Part shown: one piece after another, positions 18,653 to 29,457 of the stretch | How positions within the stretch are numbered: position 1 is the first letter of the stretch | Layout of the letters: every line of letters begins with the position of its first letter | NCBI GenBank assembly: GCA_963771885.1 | Contig: CAVYVF010000022.1 | Span: 64,001 to 128,000 of the forward strand | Direction: 5' to 3' | DNA from: Candidatus Bathyarchaeota archaeon | GTDB taxonomy: Archaea > Thermoproteota > Bathyarchaeia > TCS64 | DNA length: 64,000 bases | Program-made: the position numbers and the translations under genes | The notes under the pieces: model-generated | Seen by the model: the letters and a program-made list of their open reading frames with translations, nothing else | Databases searched by the model: none | Told to the model about the DNA's origin: nothing

Positions 18653-20179
18653 ATGGCTGGGCGTAGGGTCATCCTCGTCGTCCGAGACGGCTGGGGATAC
18701 TCGGAGGAGACGAAGGGCAACGCCGTCAGGCAGTCGAAGGTGCCGAATGACACGCGCTACATGAGGGAGTACCCGTGGACGCTCCTGAAGTGCACGGGTA
18801 ACGCCGTGGGGCTCCCCGAGGGGACGCAGGGCGGCTCGGAGCCGGGGCACCTCACGATGGGCGCGGGGCGCATCGTCTGGCAGCCCTTCGAGGAGATAAA
18901 CCAAGCCATCTACAATGGCAGCTTCTACGAGAACCCCGCACTCCTCGGCGCCGTCGAGAACTGCAAGGAGAAGGACTCCGCACTCCACCTCATGGGGCTC
19001 CTCAGCGACCAGGGCATACACGGCTCAACCTTCCACCTCTACTCACTCCTCGAACTCGCGAAGCGCAACGGATTGGAGGAGGTCTACATCCACTGCTTCC
19101 TCGATGGGCGCGATGTCCCAGAGCGCTCCGCCAAGGGCTTCATCGAGGAGACGCTTCGCCAGACCAAGGAGAAGGGCGTCGGCAGGATCGCCAGCATGAT
19201 CGGGCGATACTACGCTATGGACAGGGACACAAACTGGGACCGTACGCTCAAGGCGTACGACCTACTCACCCAGGGAGAGGGGTGGAAGGAGGAGGACTCG
19301 ATGGAGGCTATCGACCACGCCTACAAGAGGGGGGATCCCACCGACTACTATATCCAGCCCATCGCCATGGTCGAGGACGGAAAGCATGTCGCCACAATCG
19401 ACGCGGAGGACTCCGTCATTTTCTGGAACTTCCGTAGCGACCGCGCACGCCAGATCACCTACGCCCTCACGCAGAATGGATTCGACCACTTCCCCCGCAA
19501 GAAGTTCCCGCGCGTCCACTTCGTCTGCATGAGCGGATACGACAAGCACTTAGCCCTCCCAGTCGCCTTTCCCCAGAACACGGTGGAGAACAACCTCGCG
19601 CAGGTACTCGCTGCGAGGGGGCTGAAGCAGCTTAGGATCGCTGAGACGGAGAAGTATGCACACGTCACCTTCTTCTTTAACAGCCAGATAGAGGACCCCG
19701 TCCCTGGGGAGGACAGGGTACTCGTCCCGAGCTTGAAGGTGGCGAGCTACGAGGAGAAGCCCGAGATGAGCGCCTTTGAGATCACCGCGAAGCTCGTGCC
19801 CGAGATCATGAGGGGTGTCTACGACTTCGTCCTCGTCAACTACGCGAACGGTGATCTCGTCGGACACAGTGCTAACCTGAAGGCGGGAATCAAGGCGTGT
19901 GAGGTTGTCGACGAATGCGTGGGGCGCGTTGTGGAAGCTGGGCTCGCGAAGGGTTACTCGATCCTCGTCACTGGGGACCACGGCAACATCGAGACGATGT
20001 TCTACCCAAACGGCGAGCCGAACCCAAGCCACGGCACTAACCCGGTCCCACTCATCCTGATCAGCCCCGATAAGAGGAAACTAAGGGAGGGACTCGGGCT
20101 CAGCAGCGTCGCCCCCACGATCCTTTCCTTAATGGGCATATCAAAGCCGTCCGAAATGACGGCGGAGAGCCTCATCTAG
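18653..20179 (+). CDS. gpmI: 2,3-bisphosphoglycerate-independent phosphoglycerate mutase (bacterial type)
   Basis: DGWG, VGLPEG..G.SE.GH, DGRD, GRYYAMDRD, AETEKYAHVTFFF, DHGN. Confidence 0.95.
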   Translation: MAGRRVILVVRDGWGYSEETKGNAVRQSKVPNDTRYMREYPWTLLKCTGNAVGLPEGTQGGSEPGHLTMGAGRIVWQPFEEINQAIYNGSFYENPALLGAVENCKEKDSALHLMGLLSDQGIHGSTFHLYSLLELAKRNGLEEVYIHCFLDGRDVPERSAKGFIEETLRQTKEKGVGRIASMIGRYYAMDRDTNWDRTLKAYDLLTQGEGWKEEDSMEAIDHAYKRGDPTDYYIQPIAMVEDGKHVATIDAEDSVIFWNFRSDRARQITYALTQNGFDHFPRKKFPRVHFVCMSGYDKHLALPVAFPQNTVENNLAQVLAARGLKQLRIAETEKYAHVTFFFNSQIEDPVPGEDRVLVPSLKVASYEEKPEMSAFEITAKLVPEIMRGVYDFVLVNYANGDLVGHSANLKAGIKACEVVDECVGRVVEAGLAKGYSILVTGDHGNIETMFYPNGEPNPSHGTNPVPLILISPDKRKLREGLGLSSVAPTILSLMGISKPSEMTAESLI

Positions 20180-20215
20180 CCAACGTTTTATCTCCCCGGA
20201 GCCGCGAGAAAAGCC

Positions 20216-20743
20216 ATGAAGTTCCACCTGCGCCGACTCGACAGGGAGGTCACGGATCAGAAGGCACTCAAGCGGTTGCTTGGCTACCAGCAGTACTTCG
20301 TCATGGGTATGGCGGATGCTGGCGAGCCCTACGTGGTACCTATGGGCTATGTTTACGACGAAGAGGAGAACACTATCTACTTCCACTGCGCCAAGGAGGG
20401 AAAGAAGGTCGAGTTCCTTAAGAAGAACCCGCGGGTCTGGGGCGTCGTCGTCCTCGACGAGGGCGTCCAAGGAGGAGCCTGCGTCAACTTCTACGCCTCT
20501 GCCATGTTCTCGGGAAAGGTCGAATGGATAAACACCCCAGCAGAGAAGAGGAAGATCATGACCCTCTTCGCCGAGAGACTCAGTAAGGACGTCGCTGGAG
20601 TCAAGGATAGGCTTGAGAAGCTATTCGGCGCCGGTGACGCCGCAACAGCGAGCGTTCTCTTCGGCAGGATCAAGGTAGAGGAGCTGAGTGGTAAGCGTAG
20701 CACTGAGATGACCGTCGAGAAGCTCCTCGAACTCACAGCCTAG
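20216..20743 (+). CDS. Pyridoxamine 5'-phosphate oxidase-like FMN-binding protein (NimA-like)
   Basis: RRLDRE, PYVVPM.Y, IYFHCAKEGKK......NPRV. Confidence 0.85.
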   Translation: MKFHLRRLDREVTDQKALKRLLGYQQYFVMGMADAGEPYVVPMGYVYDEEENTIYFHCAKEGKKVEFLKKNPRVWGVVVLDEGVQGGACVNFYASAMFSGKVEWINTPAEKRKIMTLFAERLSKDVAGVKDRLEKLFGAGDAATASVLFGRIKVEELSGKRSTEMTVEKLLELTA

Positions 20744-20872
20744 CAGGTTTAATAAGTAGCCGCTGCCACATCTCCGATTATTAACGAGACAGGTACCCGT
20801 ATTGACCGGCGAAAGGCTGAGTGGATCGGACGACTTCGCCTTCTACACCTGTCTCCCTCTGAGGCATAACGC

Positions 20873-22402
20873 ATGACACAGAAGATCGGTTTCAGCACTG
20901 AAAAGTACCTGAAGGCACAGATCGCGAAGATCGAGCAGAGGGTCGGGCTATTTGACAAGCTCTACCTCGAGTTCGGCGGTAAGCTACGCTGGGACAACCA
21001 CGCCAGCCGAGTCCTCCCTGGATACGCCCTCGACACAAAGATACAGATGCTCCAGAGACTCAAGGGCCAGATAGAGATAGTTCACTGCATCTCCGCCAAG
21101 GATATCGAGGCACGCAAGATCAGGGGGGATAGTAGGCTCCCATACGAGGATCAGATACTCAAGGACATTGGCGAGCTTGCTGAACTTGGGCTACCTGTTT
21201 CCGCTGTCGTCATCAACCGCTTCAGCGGCGAGTGGAGCGCCCAGAAGTTCAAGCAGCGCCTCGAGAACAGAGGGCACCGTGTCTTCATCGGATACGAAAT
21301 ACCCAACTATCTGACAGACCTCGATAAGGTGCTGAGTGACGAGGGCTATGGTAAGCCTGAGTACGTGCCGACAGAGAAGAGGATAGTCATAGTCACCGCC
21401 CCCGGTCCGGGTAGTGGAAAGATGAGTTTCGCTATGAGCCAAGTCTATCAGGACAGGAAGAGGGGCATAACCAGTGGATTCGCTAAGTTCGAGACCTTCC
21501 CCATATGGAACCTCGACCTCAACCACCCCGTTAACACCGCATACGAGGCGGCGACCGCCGACCTCGCCGACTACAACCTCGTCGACCCCTTCCACCTCGC
21601 CGCCTATGGCGTCACCTCGATCAACTACAACAGGGACGTTGAGAACTTCGCCATACTCCAGAAGATGATCGAGAAGATGGTAGGGCCCGACGACCCAATG
21701 GCGAAGTACAGGTCGCCGACGGATATGGGTGTAAACATGGCGGCGGAGGGCATCATCGACGATGAGGCGTGCAGGGAGGCTTCGAAGCAGGAGATCGTGC
21801 GACGCTACTTCCGTTATAATAGGGACTTCGTCGAGGGCGCCACTGGGCGGGAGACGCTCCGCAGAATGGATGTTATCATGGCGAAGGTCAGCGTCAAGCC
21901 CGACGACAGATCAGTCGTCTCCCCCGCGAGGGCCGCCGCCGAGGAGGCGGAGAAGGACAAGGCGAGCGGGAAGGGGCACAGGGGTATCTACTGCGGCGCT
22001 GCAATAGAACTCAGCATCGGTGGGAAGACCATCATCACGAAGGGCAAGAATAGCCCGCTCATGCACGCTGAGTCCGCAGCGATCTTGAACGCGGTCAAGC
22101 TACTCGCGAGGTTCCCCGAAGATACTCTGCTCATTAGCCGACCCGTCATCGATAGCATGATCCTCCTCAAGCGTATCTACGGCAGTAGCGCCGCGAGCCT
22201 CGATGTGAAGGAGGTCCTCGACGCACTTGCCGCCAGCTCCGTAGCCGACGCAAAAGCGAGGACATGCGTCGAGGCACTCGCCAAGTTGAGGGGGTGTGAG
22301 ATGCACACGACCCATATGCTCAACAACGGGGATGAGGCGCCTCTCAAGATGCTCGGGATCAACGTCACGACTGATGCCAAGATCCCGCTCCCAACAATCT
22401 AG
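20873..22402 (+). CDS. DUF1846/UPF0371 family protein
   Basis: KLYLEFGGKL..D.HASRVLPG, TAPGPGSGK, AKFETFPIWN, YEAATAD, SPTDMGVN. Confidence 0.9.
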   Translation: MTQKIGFSTEKYLKAQIAKIEQRVGLFDKLYLEFGGKLRWDNHASRVLPGYALDTKIQMLQRLKGQIEIVHCISAKDIEARKIRGDSRLPYEDQILKDIGELAELGLPVSAVVINRFSGEWSAQKFKQRLENRGHRVFIGYEIPNYLTDLDKVLSDEGYGKPEYVPTEKRIVIVTAPGPGSGKMSFAMSQVYQDRKRGITSGFAKFETFPIWNLDLNHPVNTAYEAATADLADYNLVDPFHLAAYGVTSINYNRDVENFAILQKMIEKMVGPDDPMAKYRSPTDMGVNMAAEGIIDDEACREASKQEIVRRYFRYNRDFVEGATGRETLRRMDVIMAKVSVKPDDRSVVSPARAAAEEAEKDKASGKGHRGIYCGAAIELSIGGKTIITKGKNSPLMHAESAAILNAVKLLARFPEDTLLISRPVIDSMILLKRIYGSSAASLDVKEVLDALAASSVADAKARTCVEALAKLRGCEMHTTHMLNNGDEAPLKMLGINVTTDAKIPLPTI

Positions 22403-22548
22403 GAAGAAATGAACTCATTTTTCTTATAATATCCGATGTATGCAATTTTCCAGCATACAACTCGTAACATTTAAGGAAAATTATACTTTACGAAGGATTT
22501 ATACCAAGCTATCGGCGAGTCTTCGAGTATTATGGGCAGGTATCCCCC

Positions 22549-24178
22549 TTGACGAAGTACGTTTTTATTACCGGCGGGGTGCTCAGCGGCATCGGTAAGG
22601 GACTCGTCACATGCAGCGTTGGAAAGATGCTGCAGGTGCGCGGATTCAACGTGTCCGCTATCAAGTGCGACCCCTACCTCAACGTTGACGCGGGCACAAT
22701 GAACCCCTACATACACGGTGAGGTCTTCGTTCTCGACGACGGCTACGAGGCAGATATGGATCTTGGCATGTATGAGAGGTTCCTCGGAGTCGAACTCTCG
22801 GGACTCAACAACGTCACGAGTGGCCAGCTCTACCAGCAGGTAGTACGCAGGGAGCGCGAGGGCGGCTATCTTGGGCGCTGCGTACAGATCATTCCACACA
22901 TCACTGATGAGGTGAAACGACGCATTCGCCTCGTTTCGGAGAAGAGCAAGGCAGATGTCATCCTCGTCGAATGTGGCGGTACAGTAGGTGACATCGAGAG
23001 CCTCCCCTTCCTTGAGGCCTTCCGCCAGATGAGGCAAGAGGAGAAGCGGGGCGACACTATCCTCGTCCACGTCACACTCGTCCCCGTCCTCGAGGCGGTT
23101 GGCGAGCCAAAGACGAAACCAACCCAGCACAGCGTTAAGGAGCTGCGTGCCATAGGGTTACAGCCAGATATCATAGTGACGCGGTGCGACGCGGGCGAGC
23201 TGCCGGCGAGCGCTAAGCAAAAGATCGCTCTTTACTGCAGTGTCGAGGAGCGGGCTGTCTTCACTAGCGTCAACGTCGAGTCTCTCTACGAGCTCCCCCT
23301 CGTGCTTGAGGGGCAGGGGATGGGGGACGTCGTCTCCGAGTACCTCGGTCTCGACAAGCCGAAGGCGGAGTTCAGCGACTGGAGGAAGATGGTGGCACAG
23401 TACAAGGAGCCCACAGATTCGGTTCGCATCGCCATGTGTGGCAAGTACGCCGAGTTGCGGGACTGCTACGTCAGCGTCAACGAGGCTCTCCGCCACGCTG
23501 CGGCCGCATCAGGCTGCAGGATCAACATCGACTGGATAGAGACGGAGGAGTTCGAGAAGCACCCCGAGAAGGTATCGGTGCTCTCTGGCTTCGACGGCGT
23601 CATCGTCCCCGGCGGCTTCGGGAAACGCGGCGCACTCGGTAAGGTGCGCACTATAGAGTACTGCAGGACGCAGGACAAGCCTCTCCTCGGAATCTGCTAT
23701 GGTCTTCAGCTCAGCATAGTCGAGGTGAGCCGCGACATACTAGGGCTCGAAGGATGCGGACAGTACCGAGTGTGAGCCGAAGACGACGAATCCCGTCATC
23801 GATCTTCTCCCCGAGCAGAGGGGCGTCAACGAACTAGGGGGCACGATGCGCCTAGGCTCCCACCCCGTGCACGTAAAGCCGGGGACAATCGCACACAGGC
23901 TCTATGGCAGCGAGCTCATCCATGAGCGCCACCGCCACAGGTGGGAGGTCAACCCTGAATACTGGGAACGCCTTGAGAAGGCGGGAATAGTATTCAGCGC
24001 GTGGAGCACGGACGGTCGCCGCAAGGAGATGATAGAGATACCGAGCAACTACTTCTTCTTCGGCACTCAGTTCCACCCCGAGTTCAAAAGCCGCCCATGG
24101 AAGCCCAGCCCACCCTATTATGGCCTGGTCAAGGCGAGCTACGACAAGAAACGCGGCAAGCCAAGACCCGAGTTCTAA
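22549..24178 (+). CDS. pyrG: CTP synthase; single frameshift near 23750
   Basis: [37 protein letters not shown]; then MRLG, ERHRHR, QFHPEF. Confidence 0.95.
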
Positions 24179-24328
24179 AAGGATAGGGGAATTGGATACA
24201 CCTTCCTAATCGTAGATAGCCTGTTTCTCCAAAATAATCCCTAAAACAGCTCCGTCAAAGCTGATTTAATCAAATGAAGCACATAGCACGCGAATGGATC
24301 TAAGCAAAATAATACACGATCGTTTAAC

Positions 24329-25042
24329 TCAGTCGACGAAGTGCTTGTATGTTCCGTCCCTGAGTTTCTTGTAGACAACATCAAGTACGTCGGGAGGCGC
24401 GACTTTGAGAGCCTCCTGACCTACTGGTTGAGGCGTTCCCTTTAGGGTCCCCTTCGTCCACTGGTCGACAGCGTATACCATCAGCTCCCCCGCGAGGGCG
24501 ATCGTCTCCCAGCAGAGCTTTTCGTATGTGTCGCCCCTGTGAACGGGGATGACCTGCTTCTTGATTATGGGACCCGTGTCGATGCTCGGGTCGATGAAGT
24601 GGACGGTGCAGCCGATGGGTATGTCGAAGTAGATGCTCCAAGCTACGCTCGCGGAGCCCCTGCACTCGGGGAGGAGTCCCGGATGGCTGTTCAGCATACC
24701 GTCTTTCGGGATCGTGATGAGGGCGGGCTTAATGATTCGCGTACCCCCGAGGACGACGAGGTCCGGCTTAAGCCTCTCCAGTAGCTCCCGTGACTCACTC
24801 TTGTTGTGGTGTGGGACAGAGTGGCGCTCAATCTTCGTGCCCTTGAGCAGCTCTGTGAAGGTTGGGGCGACGGGGAATCCCTTGATGCGTGTTAGAAACT
24901 TTTCCCTCTCCTCGTCGCCGATAGGCGAGTCTTCCTCGATGATAGCCCGGGGCTCGAAGCCTGCGGCGAGGAGCTGGCGGAGCATCTCCCTCCCATAGGG
25001 GTGTTCCTTCAGTACCATGAAGTCATAGTTGAGCCTAGCCAT
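24329..25042 (-). CDS. Formyltransferase family protein (Fmt/PurN-like catalytic domain only)
   Basis: LNSHPGLLPECRG, GCTVHFIDPSIDTGPI. Confidence 0.82.
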   Translation of the reverse strand: MARLNYDFMVLKEHPYGREMLRQLLAAGFEPRAIIEEDSPIGDEEREKFLTRIKGFPVAPTFTELLKGTKIERHSVPHHNKSESRELLERLKPDLVVLGGTRIIKPALITIPKDGMLNSHPGLLPECRGSASVAWSIYFDIPIGCTVHFIDPSIDTGPIIKKQVIPVHRGDTYEKLCWETIALAGELMVYAVDQWTKGTLKGTPQPVGQEALKVAPPDVLDVVYKKLRDGTYKHFVD

Positions 25043-25078
25043 GTGGAAGATGAGTGTGCAGGGGATAAGAAGATTCGG

Positions 25079-25876
25079 CTACATGAGGGCGAATTTCAGT
25101 GCCTCGCCGCAGCCACAGGTTCTCTCCGCGGGTAACCCGGGGAGCGCCCCCATGACCAGATTCTTGAAGTTCGACGCGTTCTGGTGCATAACCTCAACTA
25201 CGTCCGTAGCGCTCACGGGTTTCTCCGCCCATACGTCGTAGTCGGTCACCATCGCGATGGAGACGTAGCACATCTCCGCCTCACGAGCCAGCACAGCCTC
25301 CGGGTAGAGGGTCATCCCGATTATGTCGCAGCCCCACTGCTTGAAGAGCTTCGACTCTGCGCGAGTGCTGAAGCGGGGTCCCTGTATGCACACGTATGTT
25401 CCGTTCTCGTGTACGGGGAGCTTGATTTTCCTCGCGTACTTCAGGAAGTAGTTGTGGAGTTGGGGACAGACTGGGTCGGCGCTGCTTATGTGGCATACCT
25501 GTCCGCCGTCGTAGAAGGTGTCGGGGCGAGCCTTTGTCCTGTCTATGAACTGGTCGGTGAGTACGAACTCCCCCGGTTTGTAGTCGACGCGTAGGCTTCC
25601 CACGGCGCTTGAAGCGACTATCTGCTCGACTCCTAGCGACTTGAGTGCCCAGATGTTCGCACGTGCGTTTATCGCGTGTGGTGGTATGACGTGCCCGTGA
25701 CCGTGGCGGGGAAGGAAGGCGACGCTCCTCCCCTTGATTGTGCCCAGTGTGATGAGGTCGGACGGTGCCCCGTAAGGGGTATGCACCTTGATGTCCCGCC
25801 TATCTTCGAGCATCTCGGGGTCGTAAACACCCGTACCTCCAATTACGCCGATCTCGGCCCGCTTATCACCAGACAT
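25079..25876 (-). CDS. mtnP: S-methyl-5'-thioadenosine phosphorylase
   Basis: IGVIGGTG, TPYGAPS, LPRHG, GPRFSTRAES, GMT..PEA.LARE, VTDYD. Confidence 0.93.
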   Translation of the reverse strand: MSGDKRAEIGVIGGTGVYDPEMLEDRRDIKVHTPYGAPSDLITLGTIKGRSVAFLPRHGHGHVIPPHAINARANIWALKSLGVEQIVASSAVGSLRVDYKPGEFVLTDQFIDRTKARPDTFYDGGQVCHISSADPVCPQLHNYFLKYARKIKLPVHENGTYVCIQGPRFSTRAESKLFKQWGCDIIGMTLYPEAVLAREAEMCYVSIAMVTDYDVWAEKPVSATDVVEVMHQNASNFKNLVMGALPGLPAERTCGCGEALKFALM

Positions 25877-25968
25877 CGCAGAGAAAGTACGTGGTATTTA
25901 TGATAAGGTTTTGTCCGCAGCCCCCCGCTAAACGTTTAAGAATCGCCTCAGCGTTTCCCACGGGCTAA

Positions 25969-27189
25969 GTGGGTCCCTTGGAGAAGAAAAGCGGCTTTGC
26001 GTTGATACTGCTGGCGTCCCTCTGGATCACATACTATGGCGAGAACTTTCTTAAGGCGGCCTCCTCGGCGTTGTCACCCGTGCTCATACAGGAGTTGGGC
26101 ATAAATAAGGGGACAATGGGGCTTCTCATCACGGCCTTTTTCATCATCTACGGTATCATGCAGATCCCCGCTGGAATGTTCACCGACATGTGGGGGCCCC
26201 GGAAGACAATCCTTGGCTTCACGTGCCTCACTATCGTCGGCATCTTCCTTTTCTGGGTGAGCTTCCGCTTCGAGATGCTCGTCGTCGCCCAGATAATCAT
26301 GGGTGTCGGCTGCAGCGTTTTCTACATTAATGCGGTAAGCATGATTACACACTGGTTCCCGGTTGAGCGAAAGGCTACCGCCATCGGCATATTGAGCGCC
26401 GCTAGCGGGCTTGGCAACTTCACCAGCTATATGGGCTTCCCAATCGCTAACACGATCTTCGGCGGCTGGAGGAACCTCTACGTCATCGTCGCCTTGATAC
26501 TTGTCGTCAACACGGGGATGAACTTCTTCATACTCAAGGATAATCATGCTTCGAGGACTGAGAGGAAGTCGGCGATGACAACGCTCAGGGCCTTCGCAGA
26601 GGTCCTCAAGGACAAGCGCATCTACCCCTTCATACTCGGTTATCTACTCCTCAGCTTCGGTTGGGTCCTCAACTCGTGGATGACCCTTTTCCTCATGGAG
26701 ACGAAGGGGCTCACATACGTCGAGGGCGGGCTCGTCACCAGCCTCGGCACAATCGCGGGGATACCAGGATGTATCGCGATGGGCGCCATCTCGGACAGGC
26801 TCAAGAAGAGAAAGCTCCCCCTCATGATCTTCTCGTGCCTTTACACTATCATAGTTTCGACCTTCATCTTCGCCCCCGCGGGTCTGCCTCTCCCCCTCCT
26901 CATGGTGCTCTCATTCGGCATCAACTTCTGCGGTTCCATGTGGGTGCTCTTCTTCAGCATGGTCCCAGAGGTTCTCCCCATCGAGAAGGCGAGCATTGGG
27001 CTTGGCCTAGTCAACGGGCTCGGAACCATCGGCTATTCGATAATCACTCCATTCTATGGGTCGCTCATCGACATCACAGGAGGCTACTTCGCCTCGAACA
27101 TGGTGATGATCTGCAGTGCACTCATCATGACCGCCACTATGGTCCTCTTCACGAAGGAGACATACGGTGGGCTGAAGAAGACCAGTTAG
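25969..27189 (+). CDS. MFS transporter
   Basis: About 12 hydrophobic helices; G...D.WGPRK motif A; ISDRLKKRK. Confidence 0.9.
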   Translation: MGPLEKKSGFALILLASLWITYYGENFLKAASSALSPVLIQELGINKGTMGLLITAFFIIYGIMQIPAGMFTDMWGPRKTILGFTCLTIVGIFLFWVSFRFEMLVVAQIIMGVGCSVFYINAVSMITHWFPVERKATAIGILSAASGLGNFTSYMGFPIANTIFGGWRNLYVIVALILVVNTGMNFFILKDNHASRTERKSAMTTLRAFAEVLKDKRIYPFILGYLLLSFGWVLNSWMTLFLMETKGLTYVEGGLVTSLGTIAGIPGCIAMGAISDRLKKRKLPLMIFSCLYTIIVSTFIFAPAGLPLPLLMVLSFGINFCGSMWVLFFSMVPEVLPIEKASIGLGLVNGLGTIGYSIITPFYGSLIDITGGYFASNMVMICSALIMTATMVLFTKETYGGLKKTS

Positions 27190-27925
27190 ACGAACGCTCA
27201 TCCCTTGGGTTAGAGTCCCATAATTTGGGGTTCTGCACAATCTTCTTACCCCGGAACCAGAGAGTCATCGTTTTCCCATTAGGCTGGATCAGGAAGCCGT
27301 CTAAGAATCCTATACCATCGGATGGTGTGCGAATCCCGAACCAGTGCAAAAGCAGGCACCCAACCCAGACATCGTGGGTGATGTATATGTCCAACCCCGC
27401 GGGCTCCGCTGACTCGAGGCTGGCTTGGGTGTGATCCGCGAAGAATTGGGCGAAACTCAACGAGTCGCAGAAGGCAGGAGGCGTTAAACCCGTGCACCAG
27501 TTGTTAGCGAAGTTGATCGACGCTTCGACCTCATCTCGACTCCGCTTAAGGTTCTCAGAGAGATACTTTGAGGCTTTCTCAAGGTCTCGTATCATCAGGT
27601 CATCGATCTTTCTTGAATATGCGGGCTCGTTGCCGCGGGAAGTCAATCCCTCCCCGATGCACTGGGCCGTCTCCTCCGCCCTCTTGATCTTCGTGGAGTG
27701 GAGACGAATCCTTCTATCAGGGGGAATACCTCTCCCGAACTCCACCGCGGCCTCACGCCCCACAATCGTGCATTGTAGCTGGTTACTTGTATCAGGGTTG
27801 TAGGGGGGACGTTCCGTGTGACGGATGTGAAGCACAGCTGGCTTGTCTGGTTCAAGTTCGTTGAGGCTTTCGAGGAGACTCCGTGCAGGCTTACCCCAAG
27901 CCACGGATTTGAGGAAGCTTGCCAC
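27149..27925 (-). CDS. Histidine phosphatase superfamily protein
   Basis: IRHTER, S...RAEETA, ITHD. Confidence 0.7.
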   Translation of the reverse strand: MASFLKSVAWGKPARSLLESLNELEPDKPAVLHIRHTERPPYNPDTSNQLQCTIVGREAAVEFGRGIPPDRRIRLHSTKIKRAEETAQCIGEGLTSRGNEPAYSRKIDDLMIRDLEKASKYLSENLKRSRDEVEASINFANNWCTGLTPPAFCDSLSFAQFFADHTQASLESAEPAGLDIYITHDVWVGCLLLHWFGIRTPSDGIGFLDGFLIQPNGKTMTLWFRGKKIVQNPKLWDSNPRDERSSNWSSSAHRMSPS

Positions 27926-28015
27926 GAGGAAGGATTCGCTTCTTTCTTTAAATACTCATCGCGACGACGATGCCGACGCCCTTTTAACCCCTGCCTCAGA
28001 CGGTGGATTTAGAAA

Positions 28016-29056
28016 ATGAACACCACAGAACCTCATACTAATGCTGAGGAAACCATCAGGCGCCTCCCGAAGCTGGAGCAGCACATACACATCATCGGCT
28101 CGACCAAACCTGAGACACTCCTTGCGATCATCGAGGACGGGGGCGTCGAGATGCCCTTCAAGACCCTCGAAGAGGTTAAGACATTCTTCCAGTACAGCGA
28201 CTTCAACCACTTCATCAGCGTCTACAGCACAGTTAACGATTGTATAACCGACCCTAAGCACTACGAGAGGATAACATATGAGATGCTCGAATCCGAGGTT
28301 GCCTGCAACGTCAAGCACGTCGAGGCGATCTTTTCCGCCAACGACCACGTACGCAGGGGACTCGACTACGGTGAGATGCTCGACGCGATAAACACTGGGA
28401 TCAGGCGAGCGAAGAGAAAGTGGGGTATCACATGCACAATCAGGGTCGACCTTGTACGCAACTATGGCCCCAAGGTTGCTCTCAAGGAGCTCGACTGGAT
28501 AAAGGAGAAGAATGACAACATCGTCGCCGTCGACATCGGGGGAAGCGAGGACGGCTTCCCACCAGAGCCCTATGAGAAGGTTTACAAGAAGGCGAAGGAC
28601 CTCGGGCTCCACCTCGTCGCCCACGCAGGTGAAGCAGCGGGGCCTGAGAGTGTCTGGGGTGCAATAAAGACACTCGGGGTAGAACGCATCGGTCACGGGG
28701 TCACGGCGGCAACAGACCCAGCCCTCCTCAGCGAGATAAGGGCGAGGGGCATCGCGATCGAGACCTGCCCTGTCAGCAACCTCCGAACCGGGGCTGTGAA
28801 GACAATAAAGGACCACCCCATACGCAAGTTCATCAACAGCTGCATCCCCGTCAGCGTCAACAGCGACGATCCTCCCATGTTCAATACCGACATATACAAT
28901 GAATACCTCCAACTCCACCGCGAGCAGGGCTTCACAATAGACGAACTCATGAGAATAAGCCTCGACTCCATATCTACAAGCTTCCTACCAGACAAGAGAA
29001 AAGAGGAGCTCCACGGGGAGTTCCTGAGCGAATATCGTGAACTGAAGAGAAGCTAG
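28016..29056 (+). CDS. add: Adenosine/adenine deaminase
   Basis: LPK.E.HIHI.GS, AHAGE, RIGHG, CPVSN, NSDDP. Confidence 0.9.
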   Translation: MNTTEPHTNAEETIRRLPKLEQHIHIIGSTKPETLLAIIEDGGVEMPFKTLEEVKTFFQYSDFNHFISVYSTVNDCITDPKHYERITYEMLESEVACNVKHVEAIFSANDHVRRGLDYGEMLDAINTGIRRAKRKWGITCTIRVDLVRNYGPKVALKELDWIKEKNDNIVAVDIGGSEDGFPPEPYEKVYKKAKDLGLHLVAHAGEAAGPESVWGAIKTLGVERIGHGVTAATDPALLSEIRARGIAIETCPVSNLRTGAVKTIKDHPIRKFINSCIPVSVNSDDPPMFNTDIYNEYLQLHREQGFTIDELMRISLDSISTSFLPDKRKEELHGEFLSEYRELKRS

Positions 29057-29457
29057 AGCTCGAAGTGGAACAGTGAGAAGTCAACGTTGGGCGAGTAGTT
29101 CTGTGTCAGGTCCTCACCTGTCGAGTGTATCGCCTTGACCTGTTCAGCTATGGTGTCGAACACGTTGTCGATGAATATCGGCGGGGGGACGAAGTGGTTA
29201 TAGAGTAAACCAGCAGCGACTATTCCGCCCCCGATCACGTCCGATACCATAAACGGCTCGGGAAACATCACCAACGCAATGCCGAACGAAATGAGGCTGT
29301 TACCCGCGCCGCCGTAACCGTGGTCGTATAACCCGTTTACTTCCTGCAGAGCGCTGTTGAAGCCGCTCAACAGGCTCGCGGACTCGGTGAAAGATCCGCC
29401 GAGCTCCTTAGCAGCCGTTACTACATGATCCGTCTTTGGAGTAATCAAATGAATCAC
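29053..29457 (-). CDS. Hypothetical protein with a hydrophobic hairpin, abutting cdvC
   Basis: FGIALVMFPEPFMVSDVIGGGIVAAGLLY; GTG start immediately follows the cdvC stop. Confidence 0.65.
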   Translation of the reverse strand: MIHLITPKTDHVVTAAKELGGSFTESASLLSGFNSALQEVNGLYDHGYGGAGNSLISFGIALVMFPEPFMVSDVIGGGIVAAGLLYNHFVPPPIFIDNVFDTIAEQVKAIHSTGEDLTQNYSPNVDFSLFHFEL

